From the NCBI GenBank assembly GCA_001662655.1, contig KV460207.1: a DNA stretch of 64,000 bases, one strand, 5' to 3'. The stretch comes from Pseudogymnoascus verrucosus. Taxonomy: Eukaryota. Shown piece by piece: positions 62,150 through 64,000 of this stretch. The position numbers were made by a program, and so were the translations under genes. The notes under the pieces are model-generated. The model was not told the origin of the DNA. It saw nothing but the letters and a program-made list of their open reading frames with translations, and did no database searches. Each line of letters starts with the position of its first letter. Position 1 is the first letter of the stretch.

Positions 62150-62571
62150 GGGGGGTTTTGTGTGTTAATGTTTTATGAGTCTTTAGGGTTTCATGGGGGT
62201 TTATGACTGGCTTTAAGGGTTTGGTTGAGGGTAGATGGGGTGCGGGAGCGGGATAAGTTGTATAATAGACAGCTGTTAATGACATCATCCACACGCGACA
62301 GCTGTCTTTTGCTGCTTCAACCACAATCGTCAGTTTCTAGCTTGTAGGATTATAACATCAACTTCATTTAATGAAGGGTGCTGTGCAATTTCAAAGTGTT
62401 CTTTCAATTCTGTAATTGACAGGCTGGACGTTAACTGTTGAGCTCTCAACTCCTTCTTATGACGTTCCGGATTCGACACAAGGTCTCACATCTGCATTTA
62501 GCTATATGCCAACAAGACAAGCACTACCGCCACCGACAATAATATAATACACGCTCAAGAGCCACGTCAAA

Positions 62572-64000
62572 ATGTGGCCTTTATCCAAGAACCACTCCTC
62601 CAGAACAAACGGATCCTCCAAAGCAAACGGCTCCTTCAAAAATTCCATCGCCCAGCCGTCCTCGAAACAAACTGCCCCCTCCCAGAACCCTATGCCACCA
62701 TACCAACCATCTGCAAGACCAGGGTCCTCCTCAGGGATCCCAATCCCCCAAACAACCACAACTCCTACACAACTCACCCCCGGCAGCACACCCCCCCCAT
62801 CAACGCCCCCCCACTTCTCGCAGCGCCACCAATACCCACCCCAACTACCACCTCTCCAACAGCAACAGCAAGACGAACAACTGCTCCTCCAACAACAACA
62901 ACAACAACAGCAGCAGCAACAGCAACAGCTCCTCCTCCTCCAAAAGCAGCAGCAGCAGCAGCAGCAACAACAACAACAACTGCCAGCCCAGCCCCATACT
63001 CCCCCCAAAAAACGAAGCAGCGGCGGCGCCTCTACCCTCTCCAGGCGCACCTCCGGCGCCAAAACCCCCACCACTCCAGGAAGAGGACACTCCTACACTA
63101 GCAGCGTCGGCAGCGCAGGCAGCGCAGGCAGCACCGCCGGCTTCGGGCGATGGAGCCACCGTAGCTTACCCTCCCCGCCTGACTCGCTCGCTGGGAACGG
63201 CGAACCTAGCACTGTAACGCAGCTGGGAGAGCGCAGGAGCTGGGGTACAGCGGAGCCTAGGGAGCGCAGGAGCTGGGGCACAGCAGCGGAGCGGAAGAGC
63301 TGGGGCGCGGCGGGGACGGGGGGGTTGGGGGCGGCGGGTGATGCAGGGCAGCCGAGCGAGCAGAGAAGGAGTTGGGGGGCGGGGAATGGGGAGAGGGGGA
63401 TTGGGAGGGTGGCGGCGAAGATTAAAGCTGCTGTGCTTGGGAGGGAGGAGGAGGAGGGTGGGGGGAGGTGGAGTAAGGAGGGGAGTTTAGGGGGGAGTTT
63501 GGGGGGGAGTTTGGGGGGGAGTTTGGGGGCGAGCGCGTCGGGGAGTAAGGTCGCGAGTCAGGTGGGGAGTAAGGTCGGGAGTCAAGTTGGGAGTGTGAAT
63601 GGGGGCCTTGGGGGGGAGGTGGAGGGGAAGAGGAAGAGTGGTGTTAGTAGTGCGGCCGTGTCGCCAACGCGTTCGCCTAGCGATAGTGATGGTGAGGCCC
63701 CAGAGCCAAAGCGCGGGTGGGCCGACAGGGTGAAGGCGAGGAGGAAGAGGAGTTCAAGGTGGCGGGCGAAGAAGGTGGATGAGAATGTCATGCCTCCGGG
63801 GATGGTGCCGGGGACGGGGGGGTTGGCAAATAGGCCGTGGGGGCGGAGGGCGATCTGGGGGCGGCGGACGGGCGACAAGGGGGAGGAGGGGGAGGAGAAG
63901 AAGAAGAAGGTTGGGGGGTTCGTTACGATGCTGGATGCTAGTCCGGCGCCGATTAGGTTACCCGGTTATGAGAAGGTATCGAGGAAGTCGGATGAATTGG
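62572..64000 (+). CDS. Low-complexity poly-Q protein of unknown function (runs off the window)
   Basis: ATG at 62572 (MWPLSKNHSS...). The frame stays open to the window end, with poly-Q tracts, RRSWG repeats and GGSL repeats. Confidence 0.7.
   Translation, partial: MWPLSKNHSSRTNGSSKANGSFKNSIAQPSSKQTAPSQNPMPPYQPSARPGSSSGIPIPQTTTTPTQLTPGSTPPPSTPPHFSQRHQYPPQLPPLQQQQQDEQLLLQQQQQQQQQQQQQLLLLQKQQQQQQQQQQQLPAQPHTPPKKRSSGGASTLSRRTSGAKTPTTPGRGHSYTSSVGSAGSAGSTAGFGRWSHRSLPSPPDSLAGNGEPSTVTQLGERRSWGTAEPRERRSWGTAAERKSWGAAGTGGLGAAGDAGQPSEQRRSWGAGNGERGIGRVAAKIKAAVLGREEEEGGGRWSKEGSLGGSLGGSLGGSLGASASGSKVASQVGSKVGSQVGSVNGGLGGEVEGKRKSGVSSAAVSPTRSPSDSDGEAPEPKRGWADRVKARRKRSSRWRAKKVDENVMPPGMVPGTGGLANRPWGRRAIWGRRTGDKGEEGEEKKKKVGGFVTMLDASPAPIRLPGYEKVSRKSDEL

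Overview
Eukaryotic DNA from a filamentous ascomycete. Short GT-AG introns with CTAAC/CTGAC branch points support this; Leotiomycete/Pseudogymnoascus-like is my inference only. The window holds about 23 intact protein-coding genes, mostly accessory types: transporters, secreted hydrolases and oxidases, a LanC-like protein, GNAT, TetX-like and APH-like enzymes, a small catalase, a NUDIX-eIF2B-like fusion, and an amidase/MCT/DAL5/Zn2Cys6 cluster. It ends in the conserved genes PIN4 and CDO1, and also contains several pseudogenes and two MITEs. The most unusual signal is non-coding. A 5S rRNA gene at 59.2 kb is cut at about nt 61 and joined to a foreign sequence. The same 'foreign body + 5S 5-prime half' junction recurs, always in the same orientation, at about 6.7-7.0, 8.5-8.7, 34.1-34.2 and 48.4-48.6 kb. 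Two copies form 32-bp direct repeats that bracket the 10.5-kb amidase cluster, and two others bracket the single LanC-like gene. This suggests 5S-targeted mobile cargo cassettes (Starship-like, but with no recombinase in the window) or a 5S-derived SINE family. All calls come from reading the sequence; no database search was run.
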